In this document: piece after piece, positions 19,760 to 30,130 of the stretch
Position numbering within the stretch: the stretch's first letter is position 1
Layout of the letters: every line of letters starts with the position of its first letter
Source of the DNA: an uncultured Candidatus Binatia bacterium
GTDB lineage: Bacteria; Desulfobacterota; Binatia; UBA9968; JAJDTQ01
DNA: 64,000 bases
Assembly (NCBI GenBank): GCA_965215605.1
Contig: OZ244070.1
Coordinates: 3,744,001 to 3,808,000 of the forward strand
Reading direction: 5' to 3'
Notes under the pieces: model-generated
Told to the model about the DNA's origin: nothing
Seen by the model: the letters and a program-made list of their open reading frames with translations, nothing else
Database searches by the model: none
Program-made: the position numbers and the translations under genes

Positions 19760-19811
19760 AAGGACGACCCGCGTCGTATCCCGAGAAACGACAGCGATCT
19801 GGAGGTAACCG

Positions 19812-20678
19812 ATGCGGTTTGCGACTCTGAAGAACGGCAGCGTGGCGGCAATTCCGTCCGACGGCAAGATGGTCCTCCTGGACGGCATCTGCAATTCCAT
19901 GGCGGATCTCGCGGCTTCCCATGAAACCAACCGAGCGGCGGTCGAGCGGGCCGTTTCGGAAGGAAGCCCGGCAAACCTCGACGGCGCGCAACTGGCGGCT
20001 CCGGTGCCGGCGCCCTCGAAGATCTGGGCCGCCGCCGGCAACTACCATCGCGGCAGCAAGAACCTCGCCAGCGCCGGCGGGCGGGGGGAGACCCGGGAAA
20101 CCCCGCCGGACGAGCTGCTCGAGCACATCTTCCTCAAGCCGCCGTCGGCGGTCGTCGGTCCGGGGGAGAAGATCCTCATCCCGCCCAACGCCGAGACCGT
20201 TTTCCCCGAGCTGGAGTTGTGCGCCGTCATCGGCAGGGAAAGCCGGGACCTGTCGGTGGAGGAAGCCCTGGACGCCGTCTTCGGCTACAGCGTCATCCTG
20301 GACGTCACCGCCCGGGGATACGGCTCCGGAAGGAACCTCATGGGCACCCGTTGCGTGCGCAAGGGGTTCGACACCTTCGCCCCGGTGGGCCCCTGGATCG
20401 TCACCCGTGACGAGATACCCGACCCGCAAGCCCTGGAGATGCGGCTGTGGGTGAATGACGACCTGCGGCAGTCCGCCAGCACCGGCGGCATGATCAACGG
20501 CGTGGCCCGCCTGGTGAGCTACCTCTCGCAGGTGGGGACCCTTTTTCCCGGCGACCTCATCGCCAGCGGCAACCCGGACGCCCCCGCCTTTCAGAAACAA
20601 CTGGCCGAGGGCGACGAGCTGGTGGCGGAGATCGACGGGATAGGGCAGCTCCAACTCGGAGTGGCCCGCGCGAGCTAG
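19812..20678 (+). CDS. Fumarylacetoacetate hydrolase family protein
   Basis: FLKPPSAV, PELEL, DVTAR and KGFDTFAPVGPWIV motifs. Confidence 0.92.
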   Translation: MRFATLKNGSVAAIPSDGKMVLLDGICNSMADLAASHETNRAAVERAVSEGSPANLDGAQLAAPVPAPSKIWAAAGNYHRGSKNLASAGGRGETRETPPDELLEHIFLKPPSAVVGPGEKILIPPNAETVFPELELCAVIGRESRDLSVEEALDAVFGYSVILDVTARGYGSGRNLMGTRCVRKGFDTFAPVGPWIVTRDEIPDPQALEMRLWVNDDLRQSASTGGMINGVARLVSYLSQVGTLFPGDLIASGNPDAPAFQKQLAEGDELVAEIDGIGQLQLGVARAS

Positions 20679-20713
20679 CCGGGACTTGTCCGGGCCGACG
20701 GGGAGACCGGGAG

Positions 20714-21193
20714 ATGAACGAGGCGTTGTCGTTTCAGGACCAGGGCGCCACCACCCTGTGCTACGGCTGCGGTCCGGCCAATGAGATGGGGTTCCGGATC
20801 AAGAGCCGTTGGGACGGCGAGGACGCGGTAGGCACCTGGACCGCGGAGCCGCACCACTGCGGCGGCACCCGGGAGGTGGTGAACGGCGGCGTCATCGCGA
20901 CCCTGCTCGACTGCCACAGCATGAACCTCGCCATCGCCCGGGCCTACCGGGACGAGCAGCGCGACATCGGCAGCGCGCCGCGGGTCTTCTTCGTCACCGC
21001 CAACATGACCATCAACTACCGGCGCCCGACGCCCCTGGGGAAACCCCTGGAGCTGCGCGCCAGCATCCGCAAGGTCCAGGGGCGGAAGACCTTCCTGACC
21101 TGCACCGTGAGCTGCGAACGGCAGGTCTGCGCCGACGCCGAGGTGCTGGCGGTCCGGATTCACCGGGACGAATCCGTCGAGCCCACCCGTTAG
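20714..21193 (+). CDS. PaaI/hotdog-fold thioesterase
   Basis: CYGCG, VNGGVIATLLDCH and TANMTINYRRPTP motifs. Confidence 0.88.
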   Translation: MNEALSFQDQGATTLCYGCGPANEMGFRIKSRWDGEDAVGTWTAEPHHCGGTREVVNGGVIATLLDCHSMNLAIARAYRDEQRDIGSAPRVFFVTANMTINYRRPTPLGKPLELRASIRKVQGRKTFLTCTVSCERQVCADAEVLAVRIHRDESVEPTR

Positions 21194-21930
21194 AGTTTGC
21201 CCGCCCGCAGGTGCGACCAGAACGAAAGCCCCAGGTAGTAGGCGGGGAAGAACAGCGAGGCCAATACCAAGTGATGGGGCGAGTCCGGTAACAGATACAC
21301 CACCACCAGGCAGAGCACGCCCCAGACGATCCCCAACGTGAGGGTCAGGCCCTGCAGGAAAGCGTTACGGCTGGGATACAGGTAACGGATGGGCACGAAG
21401 ACCATCACCGACAACACGATGACCAGCAGTCCGTTGAACCACGGACCCCAATCCAGCACGAAGCAGTAGAACGCCACCACGTTCCAGTACGAGGGAAACC
21501 CCAGAAAGTAGTGGTCGGGAGTCTTGGCGTCGGCCTGCGAGAATCCGTAGGCGCTTGCCAGCAGTGGCAGGCAGACGATCCAACCGCCGTGACCAGCCGG
21601 CAGCAGCTCGGCCCAAAGCAGCAGAAAGCAGGGGACGAAGACGTAGTTGAGGTAGTCGACGATGTCGTCCAGGCGGGCGCCGTCCACTCCGGGGACCACT
21701 TCCTTCACTCGCGCCGCCCGGGCGAAGGTCCCGTCCGTGGCGTCGAGAATCAGCGCCAGCCCCATGAGCGCCAGCGCCTCGCGGTAGCGATTCTGGGCTA
21801 TCAGCGCCAGGGTGAATACCGCCACCACCGCCCCGAGGGCGGTGTAGATGTGTACCAGCCAGGCAAGCAGCAATCGCAGGAGCCGTCTCCGGTGTCTCGC
21901 AGTGGCGCGGGGCGTGGGCGCGGACGTCAA
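21190..21930 (-). CDS. pcs: Phosphatidylcholine synthase-like CDP-alcohol phosphatidyltransferase
   Basis: AWLVHIYTALG, DATDGTFAR...DGARLDDIVDY and FLGFPSYWN motifs. The TTG start overlapping the upstream stop is assumed. Confidence 0.8.
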   Translation of the reverse strand: MTSAPTPRATARHRRRLLRLLLAWLVHIYTALGAVVAVFTLALIAQNRYREALALMGLALILDATDGTFARAARVKEVVPGVDGARLDDIVDYLNYVFVPCFLLLWAELLPAGHGGWIVCLPLLASAYGFSQADAKTPDHYFLGFPSYWNVVAFYCFVLDWGPWFNGLLVIVLSVMVFVPIRYLYPSRNAFLQGLTLTLGIVWGVLCLVVVYLLPDSPHHLVLASLFFPAYYLGLSFWSHLRAGKL

Positions 21931-22895
21931 AGGGGCAGGTCCAGCTTCCTGATGCTCTCGATGTAATCCTCGATGCCCCGCTCCAGGTCGTATTGCGGCG
22001 AGTAGCCCAGTTGCTCCCGTGCCTTGCCGATATCGAAGATGCAATAGCTCTGCTTGTAGCCTTCCCGGAAGTCGAGGCCGGAGCCGATGTCGATGCGCGA
22101 ATCGGGAAAGAGGCGTTTCAGCACGGCGGCGAAGTCCTTGAGGGTGACGCCCCGGGCGGTGCCGACGTTGAAGGTCCATTGGGTGAGACCCTCGGCGTTG
22201 AGGGCCAGCGCGACGGAATGGGCGACGTCGCCGACGTAGACCACGTCGTTGCGCTGGTCGCCGCCGCGGGGGATGGAAAACTCGCGTCCGGCCATGGCGT
22301 CCTCGATGACCTTGCCGTAGAGGGCGAGGACGCCGTGACGGGCCAGCTTGCCCGGCCCGTAGATGGAGGGGTAGCGCAGCGCCACGAACTCGATGCCGTG
22401 GCGTTTGCGGTAGTAGTTGCCCAGGGTCTCGGAGCAGACCTTGGTGACGCCGTAGATATCCGCGGGATTGGGCGGCAGGGATTCGTCCAGGGGCACGAAA
22501 TCGGGATGGCCGTGCTTGCCGCTCACCGTGCCGACAAAGGCGTTGGAACTGGTGTAGACCACGCGCCGGATGTTGCAGGCGCGGGCCGCTTCCAGCACGT
22601 TCAGGGTGCCGTCCACGCCGATGGCGATGGCCAGGCTCGGATTGGCCTCGGCGGCGCCCGGCATCAACGCCGCCATGTGCGCGATGTGGGTGATGCCGTG
22701 GGCCGCCACGAGTTCCTTCAGCCCGGCGCCGTCCAGGATGTCGCCGGTCACCACCTCCACTGCGTCCGCCATGTCCGCGATCAGCGACATGTCCACGCGA
22801 TTGTCCAGCAGCACGGGCCGGTGCCCCCGGGACACCAGGAGACGCGCGGTGGCGGCGCCGTTCACGCCGGTTCCGCCGGTAATCAGGATCTTCAT
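21927..22895 (-). CDS. NAD-dependent epimerase/dehydratase (extended SDR)
   Basis: ITGGTGVNG, YGVTK (YxxxK) and IYGPG motifs. Confidence 0.9.
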   Translation of the reverse strand: MKILITGGTGVNGAATARLLVSRGHRPVLLDNRVDMSLIADMADAVEVVTGDILDGAGLKELVAAHGITHIAHMAALMPGAAEANPSLAIAIGVDGTLNVLEAARACNIRRVVYTSSNAFVGTVSGKHGHPDFVPLDESLPPNPADIYGVTKVCSETLGNYYRKRHGIEFVALRYPSIYGPGKLARHGVLALYGKVIEDAMAGREFSIPRGGDQRNDVVYVGDVAHSVALALNAEGLTQWTFNVGTARGVTLKDFAAVLKRLFPDSRIDIGSGLDFREGYKQSYCIFDIGKAREQLGYSPQYDLERGIEDYIESIRKLDLPL

Positions 22896-22950
22896 GTCAC
22901 CTCACGCTTAGCCGCTTACGGCCCCTCATGCAATACGTTATATTCGAACG

Positions 22951-23691
22951 ATGATGTACCGGACCCAGCCCGCCCACGACTCCTTCAGCTTCGGCCAAGA
23001 AGTGACGCCGGCGGTCAAGTGGCTGCTGATCGTCAACATCGTCGTATTCGTCTTCCAGTTGCCTTTTCTCGGCGGACGCCCGTTGCTGTGGATATTCGGC
23101 CTGGTGCCGCCACTCGTCTGGAACGAGTTCCAGATATGGCAGCTCTTCACGTACCAGTTCCTCCATCTCGGGCTCTTCCACATCCTGTTCAACATGCTGG
23201 CGCTGTGGATGTTCGGGTGCGATCTGGAGCGGGCTTGGGGGACGCGCTTCTTTCTCAAGTACTACTGGGTCAGCGTGGTCGGGGGAGGCCTCTGCGTACT
23301 GTTCCTCGAGCCGGACCAGGCCATCCCCACCATCGGAGCCTCCGCCGGCATCTACGGCGTGTTGCTGGCCTACGCACGGCTCTATCCCAACAACGTGATC
23401 TACCTCTACCTGCTGTTCCCCATCCGGATGAAGTACTTCGTGCTCATCATCGGGGCCATCGCGTTCTTCTCCTCCATCGGTCCCGGCAACTCGGGCATCT
23501 CCCACCTCGGCCATCTTGGCGGCATGCTGTTCGGCTACATCTATCTCCGCTGGGGCTACATGTTGAACCCGAGGCGCTCGTGGGGCACGGTCCGGCACGA
23601 GTACCATCGGTTGCGTCTGGCCCGGCTCAAGCGGCGATTCAGGGTCATCGAAGGCAGGCAGCGGGACGACGAGCCGCCGACGCTGCACTGA
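22951..23691 (+). CDS. Rhomboid family intramembrane serine protease
   Basis: WQLFTYQFLH, HILFNM, catalytic GASAG and HLGG motifs. Confidence 0.93.
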   Translation: MMYRTQPAHDSFSFGQEVTPAVKWLLIVNIVVFVFQLPFLGGRPLLWIFGLVPPLVWNEFQIWQLFTYQFLHLGLFHILFNMLALWMFGCDLERAWGTRFFLKYYWVSVVGGGLCVLFLEPDQAIPTIGASAGIYGVLLAYARLYPNNVIYLYLLFPIRMKYFVLIIGAIAFFSSIGPGNSGISHLGHLGGMLFGYIYLRWGYMLNPRRSWGTVRHEYHRLRLARLKRRFRVIEGRQRDDEPPTLH

Positions 23692-23721
23692 TCGGCGCTC
23701 CCGCCGGACAGCGGAAGGGAT

Positions 23722-24141
23722 TCACTCCGCGGGGTCGGGACGGCGCGACTTCTTGAGCCGGCTCCGTTTGCGCTTGTCGTCGAGGCGCCGTTGCCGGGAG
23801 CCCGCGGTGGGCCTGGTGGGCCGGCGCGGCGCCGGTTTCTCGGCGGCCTTGCGGATCAGGCCGGCCAGGCGCTCCAGCGCATCCTCCCGGTTGCGCGACT
23901 GGTCGCGGTAGCGCTTGGCCTCGATGGTCAACACGCCGCTCTTGTCCACCCGCCTGCCGGCGACGCGCACCAGACGTTGTCTCACCTCCTCGGGCAGCGA
24001 AGGGGAATCGACGATCCCGAACCGGAGCTGCACCGCGGTGGCGGTCTTGTTCACGTTCTGCCCGCCGGGACCCGAAGCCCGGATGAAGCGCTCTTCGATC
24101 TCGCCTTCGTCCAGGCTTATCCTGTTGGTGATCCGCAGCAT
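23722..24141 (-). CDS. arfB: Alternative ribosome rescue peptidyl-tRNA hydrolase ArfB
   Basis: RASGPGGQNVNK (GGQ) motif and a basic C-terminal tail. Confidence 0.95.
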   Translation of the reverse strand: MLRITNRISLDEGEIEERFIRASGPGGQNVNKTATAVQLRFGIVDSPSLPEEVRQRLVRVAGRRVDKSGVLTIEAKRYRDQSRNREDALERLAGLIRKAAEKPAPRRPTRPTAGSRQRRLDDKRKRSRLKKSRRPDPAE

Positions 24142-24302
24142 CGATTCTTCCTTCTTCGGCGGTTGTATCCCGCGCCGTTTCCGGCATCATCTTCTGTGTA
24201 ACAGACAGCGGACGGCACACGAACCCTGTCCCGCGAGGAACCTCACGGAACGCCGCGCCTCGGGCGCGCCGGAGTTGAAACCCGCACCTGCAAGGAGGGC
24301 CC

Positions 24303-26090
24303 ATGCGCATCATCCGAATCGCTCTCATGGTCATCGGAGCGGCAGCCACCCTGACTGCCGGCGGCGTAGTGGCCGCGCTGCTGTTCTTCTACACCGGCAC
24401 CCCGCCGATACCGGAAAAAACGGTCCTCACCCTGGACCTTGAGCGCAACCTCCCGGAGTACGGCTCCGGCGGACTCGGCGCCTTGACCGGCCTCGGAAGG
24501 GAACGGCCGACGCTGTGGGAAACCGTGGCCGCCATCGAGCGGGCGGCCGGGGATGAGCGCGTGGTCGGTCTCGTGGCCCAGGTCGGCGCCTCGGACATGG
24601 GGCTGGCACGGACCCAGGAGTTGCGCGACGCCGTCCGGGCCTTCCGCCGCTCCGGCAAGCCCGCCTACGCCTTCGCCGAGTCCTTCGGCGACTTCGGCCC
24701 CGGCAACGCCGCCTTCTATCTGGCGGCGGCGTTCGAGAAGGTCTATCTGCAACCAACCGGTGACGTGGGCCTCACCGGCCTGATGGTGCAAGGCTACTTC
24801 CTCAGGGAGACGCTGGAGAAGCTCGACGTGCAGTTCCGGGTGGAGCAGCGGGAGGAGTACAAGGGCATCAAGGATCGCTTCACCGAGAGCGGCTTCACGG
24901 CCGCCCAGCGGGAAGCCTTGAAACGGATCCTGGAATCGCTGACCGAACAGTTGACGGTGGGGATATCCAAGGGTCGCGGGCTTTCCCGCGCCGCGGTACG
25001 GGAGTTGATGCAGCAGGGGCCTTTCTCCGCCGGGGAAGCCCTCGAGGCCGGCCTGGTGGACGGGCTGCGCTACCGCGACGAACTGGACGCGATCATCCGA
25101 GAGAGACTCGGCCCGGACCTGGCGTTCCTGTCTCTGCCCCACTATGGCCGCCGGCTGGAGGACAGGGGCGACGACCCGGCCACCCTGGCGTTGATCCATG
25201 GCCTGGGGCAGATCCATCGCGGCAGCAGCCGCTTCCCGGCCCTTGCCGGAAGGGATACCATGGGCTCGGGCAGCATCGCCCGGGCTTTTCGCAGAGCCGC
25301 GGACGACCATGAGGTGAAAGCCATCATCTTCCGCATCGACAGTCCGGGCGGCTCCTACGTGGCCTCGGATGTAATCCGGCGCGAAGTGCTGCGCGCCCGC
25401 CGGCGGGGGAAGCCGGTGATCGTTTCCATGGGCGACATCGCGGGCTCGGGAGGCTACTTCGTGGCCGTCCCGGCCAACCGGATCCTGGCCCAGCCCGCGA
25501 CCCTCACCGGATCCATCGGAGTGGCGGCAGGGAAGATCGTAACCGAGGGCTTGTGGGACAAGCTGGGCGTATCCTGGGACCAGGTGGCCGGCAACACCAA
25601 CGCCACCTTCTGGAGCGCGCTTCAGGACTATGATCCGGCCCAGCGCGCGCGCCTCGAGCGGCGCCTCGACACAGTGTACGACGACTTCGTGGCCAAGGTG
25701 GCCGAGGGCCGGAGTTTGTCCCGCGAACAGGTTCTGGCCGCCGCCAAAGGGCGTGTCTGGACCGGTGCCGATGCGAAGGAACGGGGGCTTGTGGACGAGT
25801 TGGGCGGTTACGCGGCGACCCTCGCGGCCGCCCGGGAGATCGCCGGTATCCCGCCCGACGCCGCCATCCGCCTGCGGCCCTTCCCGCGCCGCAAATCCGC
25901 GCTACGGCTCGTTGCCGAACAGTTGACGGGAGATGGGGACGGAGAGATCGCAATCCCCACGCCCGACCTGCTGAGCCAGGCAATCGAGGGGTCGGGACCG
26001 TTGGCGGCGTGGGCGCGTTCCACCGGTTTGGCGGAACCTCCGGGACTGCTGGAGATGACGCTGCCGGGCGGGCTGCGCCGACCGCGGTGA
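24303..26090 (+). CDS. sppA: Signal peptide peptidase SppA (67K long form)
   Basis: N-terminal TM, RIDSPGGS, SMGDIAGSGGY, TGSIGV and GRVWTG motifs. Confidence 0.93.
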   Translation: MRIIRIALMVIGAAATLTAGGVVAALLFFYTGTPPIPEKTVLTLDLERNLPEYGSGGLGALTGLGRERPTLWETVAAIERAAGDERVVGLVAQVGASDMGLARTQELRDAVRAFRRSGKPAYAFAESFGDFGPGNAAFYLAAAFEKVYLQPTGDVGLTGLMVQGYFLRETLEKLDVQFRVEQREEYKGIKDRFTESGFTAAQREALKRILESLTEQLTVGISKGRGLSRAAVRELMQQGPFSAGEALEAGLVDGLRYRDELDAIIRERLGPDLAFLSLPHYGRRLEDRGDDPATLALIHGLGQIHRGSSRFPALAGRDTMGSGSIARAFRRAADDHEVKAIIFRIDSPGGSYVASDVIRREVLRARRRGKPVIVSMGDIAGSGGYFVAVPANRILAQPATLTGSIGVAAGKIVTEGLWDKLGVSWDQVAGNTNATFWSALQDYDPAQRARLERRLDTVYDDFVAKVAEGRSLSREQVLAAAKGRVWTGADAKERGLVDELGGYAATLAAAREIAGIPPDAAIRLRPFPRRKSALRLVAEQLTGDGDGEIAIPTPDLLSQAIEGSGPLAAWARSTGLAEPPGLLEMTLPGGLRRPR

Positions 26091-26192
26091 CGGGGCGGGA
26101 TGCGGGTTGACAGGGGAAACCGTGCTTTGGTAGCCGGTATATCTGCGGGGACAACCGCCGATTCCACGACCTCGGAGCGTTTTTTACCAACC

Positions 26193-27374
26193 ATGCTTGA
26201 CGGCATCAGAGTGCTCGAGCTCGGCCACATCGTGGCCGGACCCACGGCGGGGCTCATCCTGGCCGCGCTGGGGGCCGACGTCATCAAGGTGGAGCGGCCC
26301 GGCAGCGGCGATCAGGCGCGCTTCAGCCGCGGCAACCAAGGGTATTTCCTGGCCTTCAACGGCAGCAAGCGGAGCATTGCCCTGGACCTCAAGGATGCCC
26401 GCGGACGGGATGCCTTCGAGCGGCTGCTGCGGACCTCCGACGTGCTCATCGACAACTACGGTCCCGGCGTGCTGGAGCGTATGGACTTGGGGTACGACGC
26501 GCTGCAACGCATCAAGCCCGGCCTGCTCCACTGCGGCATCAAGGGATTCCTGGCCGGGCCTTACGAGCAGCGCAACCTGCTGGACGAGCCCGCGCAGATG
26601 ATGGGCGGGCTGGCCTACATGACCGGGCCGCCGGGAATGCCGCTCCGGGCCGGCGCCTCCATCGTCGACATGACCGGCGCCATGTTCGGCGTCATCGGCA
26701 TCCTGGCGGCGCTGCTCGGGCGCGGGCGCGACGGCGGCGGCAACGAGATGCGCGTCGGGTTGTTCGAGACTGCCGTATTCCTGGTTTCGCAGCACATCGC
26801 CAAGGCGGGCATTTCGGGAGAAGTGCCGGCCCCCATGACCGAGCGCGGCGTGGGCCAGGACCTCGGATGGGGCATCTACAAGGTGTTCGAGACCCGGGAC
26901 CGGCGCCACGTGTTCATCGGCGTTACCAGCAACATCCAATGGGAGGCCTACTGCAGGGAGTTCGGCCTCGACGACCTCTGGGCGGAGGAGGCGCTGCGGG
27001 ACAACGCCGGCCGCCGCGGGGAATTCGCCCGCCTGACCCGGCGCACCGAGGAGATGGTGCGCACCTTCGATTTCGGCGACATGGTCGCGCGTCTCGAATC
27101 GGCCAATATTCCCCATGCCCCCATCAACACGCCCACGGACCTGTTCGAGCACCCCCATCTCAAGGAACGCGGGCACATGACCGAGCTGACGGCGCCGGAC
27201 GGGACCTCGTCTCCATTGCCCGCGCTGCCGGTGGAATTCCGCGAGGCGGATCTGCCGCCGCGCGCCGATCCGCCTCTGCTCGGCGAGCATACGGTTTCCT
27301 TGCTGCGGGAATTGGGTTATTCGGAAGAGGAGATTTCGGCCATCACCGGACCCTTGGAATCCGGCGGTACTTGA
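26193..27374 (+). CDS. CaiB/BaiF family III CoA-transferase
   Basis: LDGIRVLEL, LGADVIKVERP, KRSIALDLK and PPLLGEHT motifs. Confidence 0.93.
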   Translation: MLDGIRVLELGHIVAGPTAGLILAALGADVIKVERPGSGDQARFSRGNQGYFLAFNGSKRSIALDLKDARGRDAFERLLRTSDVLIDNYGPGVLERMDLGYDALQRIKPGLLHCGIKGFLAGPYEQRNLLDEPAQMMGGLAYMTGPPGMPLRAGASIVDMTGAMFGVIGILAALLGRGRDGGGNEMRVGLFETAVFLVSQHIAKAGISGEVPAPMTERGVGQDLGWGIYKVFETRDRRHVFIGVTSNIQWEAYCREFGLDDLWAEEALRDNAGRRGEFARLTRRTEEMVRTFDFGDMVARLESANIPHAPINTPTDLFEHPHLKERGHMTELTAPDGTSSPLPALPVEFREADLPPRADPPLLGEHTVSLLRELGYSEEEISAITGPLESGGT

Positions 27375-27402
27375 TTCGATCGGCTCATGGACGGGAGAAC
27401 GA

Positions 27403-28521
27403 ATGACAGCGGACCAGCAGGTGGACATGGAACAGGTGGACGCCGCCATCGACGCGTGGAAGGCGGTGACGGAGGAGATGACGGGGAAGATCGTCGAGGA
27501 GCGTCAGCCCTGGGTCAGCTCCGTGACCGAGGATGCCATCAAGCACTTCGCCTACGGCACGGATGACGACAATCCCCTGTGGACGGACTCCAGCTACGCG
27601 GCCAGGACCGGGAAGGGGAAGAACCAGGCGCCGCCGGCATTCGTGTTCGTCAATCGTTACCCGATCCTTCACGGCGCGCCCATGAAGGCGCCGCTGGCAT
27701 CCCTCATCGGCGGCGTGGAGGTGGAGTGGTCCGGCAACGTGTACGCCGGCGACACCCTGAGCTCCGAGCCGCGCCAGAAGAAATTCTTCGAAAAACGCAA
27801 CAAGGAGGGACGGCGGCTCAATTTCGTCATCTCGGAAATCGACTACCGCAATCAGGAGAACGCCCTGGTGGCCAGAGCCACCGGCACCATGATCATGGCC
27901 ACCCAGATCGGCCTCCAGACCATGATGGAGCACCAGGCGCCGCGCTACGACGACGCCGCCCTGGAGCAGCTCGAGAGCACGTGGCGCGATGAATTCCGCC
28001 GTGGGGCGGATACGCTTTTCTTCGAAGACGTGGCGACGGGCAGCGACATTCCGCCCATCGTCCGCGGCCCGCTGACCATCGGCGACATGGTGGCCTGGAA
28101 CGCGGCCATCGGCCCGTCCTACAAGGCCGGGCGCTGGGGCTATCTGGACCTCAGCAAGGCCATGCACACCGCCATGTTCAACCCCGTGACGGGCTTTCCC
28201 GTGAAGTATTCGCAGCAGCACGAGGACGCCAACATGGCCGCCGGCCGCGGCATGCCCGCCCCGTTCGACAACGGCGTGATGCGGTTCGGCTGGGTGGCGC
28301 CGCTGGTGACCAACTGGATGGGGGACGACGGCTTCCTCAAGCGCTTGAACGTGCAGGTGGCCCGACCCGGCCTGTACGGCGACCTGACCACCTACTCGGG
28401 CCGGGTCACCGCCAGGAACGCCGACACCAGGACCGTGACCCTGGAGATCACCGGAACCCGCCAGGACGGCATGGTGAACACCCGCGGCGACGCGGAAGTG
28501 AAATTGCCCGCCCGGGCGTAG
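27403..28521 (+). CDS. Double hotdog MaoC-like acyl-CoA dehydratase
   Basis: DAIKHFAYGTDDDNPLW in the N-terminal hotdog and QQHEDANMA...PFDNG in the C-terminal hotdog. Confidence 0.8.
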   Translation: MTADQQVDMEQVDAAIDAWKAVTEEMTGKIVEERQPWVSSVTEDAIKHFAYGTDDDNPLWTDSSYAARTGKGKNQAPPAFVFVNRYPILHGAPMKAPLASLIGGVEVEWSGNVYAGDTLSSEPRQKKFFEKRNKEGRRLNFVISEIDYRNQENALVARATGTMIMATQIGLQTMMEHQAPRYDDAALEQLESTWRDEFRRGADTLFFEDVATGSDIPPIVRGPLTIGDMVAWNAAIGPSYKAGRWGYLDLSKAMHTAMFNPVTGFPVKYSQQHEDANMAAGRGMPAPFDNGVMRFGWVAPLVTNWMGDDGFLKRLNVQVARPGLYGDLTTYSGRVTARNADTRTVTLEITGTRQDGMVNTRGDAEVKLPARA

Positions 28522-28606
28522 GGGCGGCTTCCGTACCCGCCTGCCCGGCAGGCCCCGAACAGGAACGGTTGCCGGGCGAGATTCCATACGAAAGGGGAGA
28601 GATACC

Positions 28607-30115
28607 TTGGAGAACCATGAGAACGGGCTTCCGGCCCGCTGGGACGTAGAGACCGACGTGGTGGTGGTGGGCTTCGGCTTCGCCGGCGGCGTTTCCGCGG
28701 TCGCCGCGGCGGACGACGGCGCCGAGGTCACCATCGTGGAGAAAATGCCCAACCCCGGCGGCATCTCGATCCTCGCCGGCGGCGGCATCGCCACCGCCAT
28801 GGACGAGAACAAGGCGTTCGAGTACCTGCGGCACACCAACGCCGGCCGCACTCCGGACGACGTGCTCCAGGCCTTGGCCAAGGGCATGACGGAGATGAAG
28901 GACTTTGTGAAGGAGTTGGTGAAGGAGACCCCGTTCGAGCTGGAAGAGCAACGGAACGGCGGCACCTATCCGTTCCCGGGCGGCGAGGGACTGGACGGCT
29001 TCAAGATCGCGCCCATGGAAGGCTACGAGGGCTTCGGGTGGGCCAAGGGCCTGCGCGGCGGCGCGCGCCTCTTCAAGGTGCTCCTGGACAACGTGGAGGC
29101 GCGCCCGAACATCTCGGTGCGGCAGGCCACGCCGGCCAAGCGCCTCGTGCGGCACCCGGACTACGGCATCGTCGGGCTGGTGGCGGAGCACGACGGCGAG
29201 GAGGTCGCCATCAAGGCGCGCAAGGGCGTGATCCTGGCCTGCGGCGGCTTCGAGAACAACGACGAGATGAAGCGGAACTATTTCGAGGCCATGCCGGTCT
29301 ACACCCTCTTCACCGGCAACACCGGCGACGGCATCACCATGGCCCAGGAAGTGGGGGCGTCCATGTGGCACATGTGGCACTTCCACGGCAGCTACGGGTT
29401 CAAGTACCCCGAGTTCCCGCTGGCCTTCCGCCACTGCTTCCGGGGCCCGCGCAAGGACGACTGGGTCATGCCCTGGATCGCCGTGGACAAGTACGGACGG
29501 CGGTTCATGAACGAGTACCCGCCGGCGGTGCAGGACACCGGCCATCGGGCGCTGGAATTCTACGACGCCGACAAACAGGAGTTCCCGCGTATCCCGGCCT
29601 ACCTGGTGTTCGACGAGAAGGGCCGCAAGCTCGGCCCGGTGGGACAGCCCACCGTGCACGACGAGACCGTCTCCTACGACTGGAGCGAGGACAACCTCGC
29701 CGAGGTGGAGCGGGGATGGATCAAGAAGGCCGGCGATCTCGAGACCATCGCGAAGATGATCCCGGCGACGGACCCGGCCACGCTCGAGGATACGGTGGCG
29801 GAATGGAACCAGGTGTGCGCCAGCGGGAGCACCGACCGCTACCACCGGCTGCCCGGCACCCGCCTGTCCATCGACACGCCGCCGTTCTACCTGATGGAGG
29901 TCTGGCCCATCGTCTCCAACACCCAGGGCGGGCCGGTGCACGACGCCGGGCAGCACGTCATGGACGTGCGCAACGAACCCATCCGGCGGCTCTTCTCCGC
30001 CGGCGAGTGCGGCTCGTCCTTCGGCCATCTGTATCTGGAGGCGGGAAACATCACCGAGTGCTTCGTCACCGGGCGCATCGCCGGCCGCAACGCGGCGGGG
30101 CTGGACTCCTGGTAG
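28607..30115 (+). CDS. FAD-binding oxidoreductase (FAD_binding_2; fumarate reductase flavoprotein/KstD-like)
   Basis: DVVVVGFGFAGG, LACGGFE, NTGDG, NTQGG and LFSAGE motifs. Confidence 0.88.
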   Translation: MENHENGLPARWDVETDVVVVGFGFAGGVSAVAAADDGAEVTIVEKMPNPGGISILAGGGIATAMDENKAFEYLRHTNAGRTPDDVLQALAKGMTEMKDFVKELVKETPFELEEQRNGGTYPFPGGEGLDGFKIAPMEGYEGFGWAKGLRGGARLFKVLLDNVEARPNISVRQATPAKRLVRHPDYGIVGLVAEHDGEEVAIKARKGVILACGGFENNDEMKRNYFEAMPVYTLFTGNTGDGITMAQEVGASMWHMWHFHGSYGFKYPEFPLAFRHCFRGPRKDDWVMPWIAVDKYGRRFMNEYPPAVQDTGHRALEFYDADKQEFPRIPAYLVFDEKGRKLGPVGQPTVHDETVSYDWSEDNLAEVERGWIKKAGDLETIAKMIPATDPATLEDTVAEWNQVCASGSTDRYHRLPGTRLSIDTPPFYLMEVWPIVSNTQGGPVHDAGQHVMDVRNEPIRRLFSAGECGSSFGHLYLEAGNITECFVTGRIAGRNAAGLDSW

Positions 30116-30130
30116 ACGAGGGGCCGGGCC

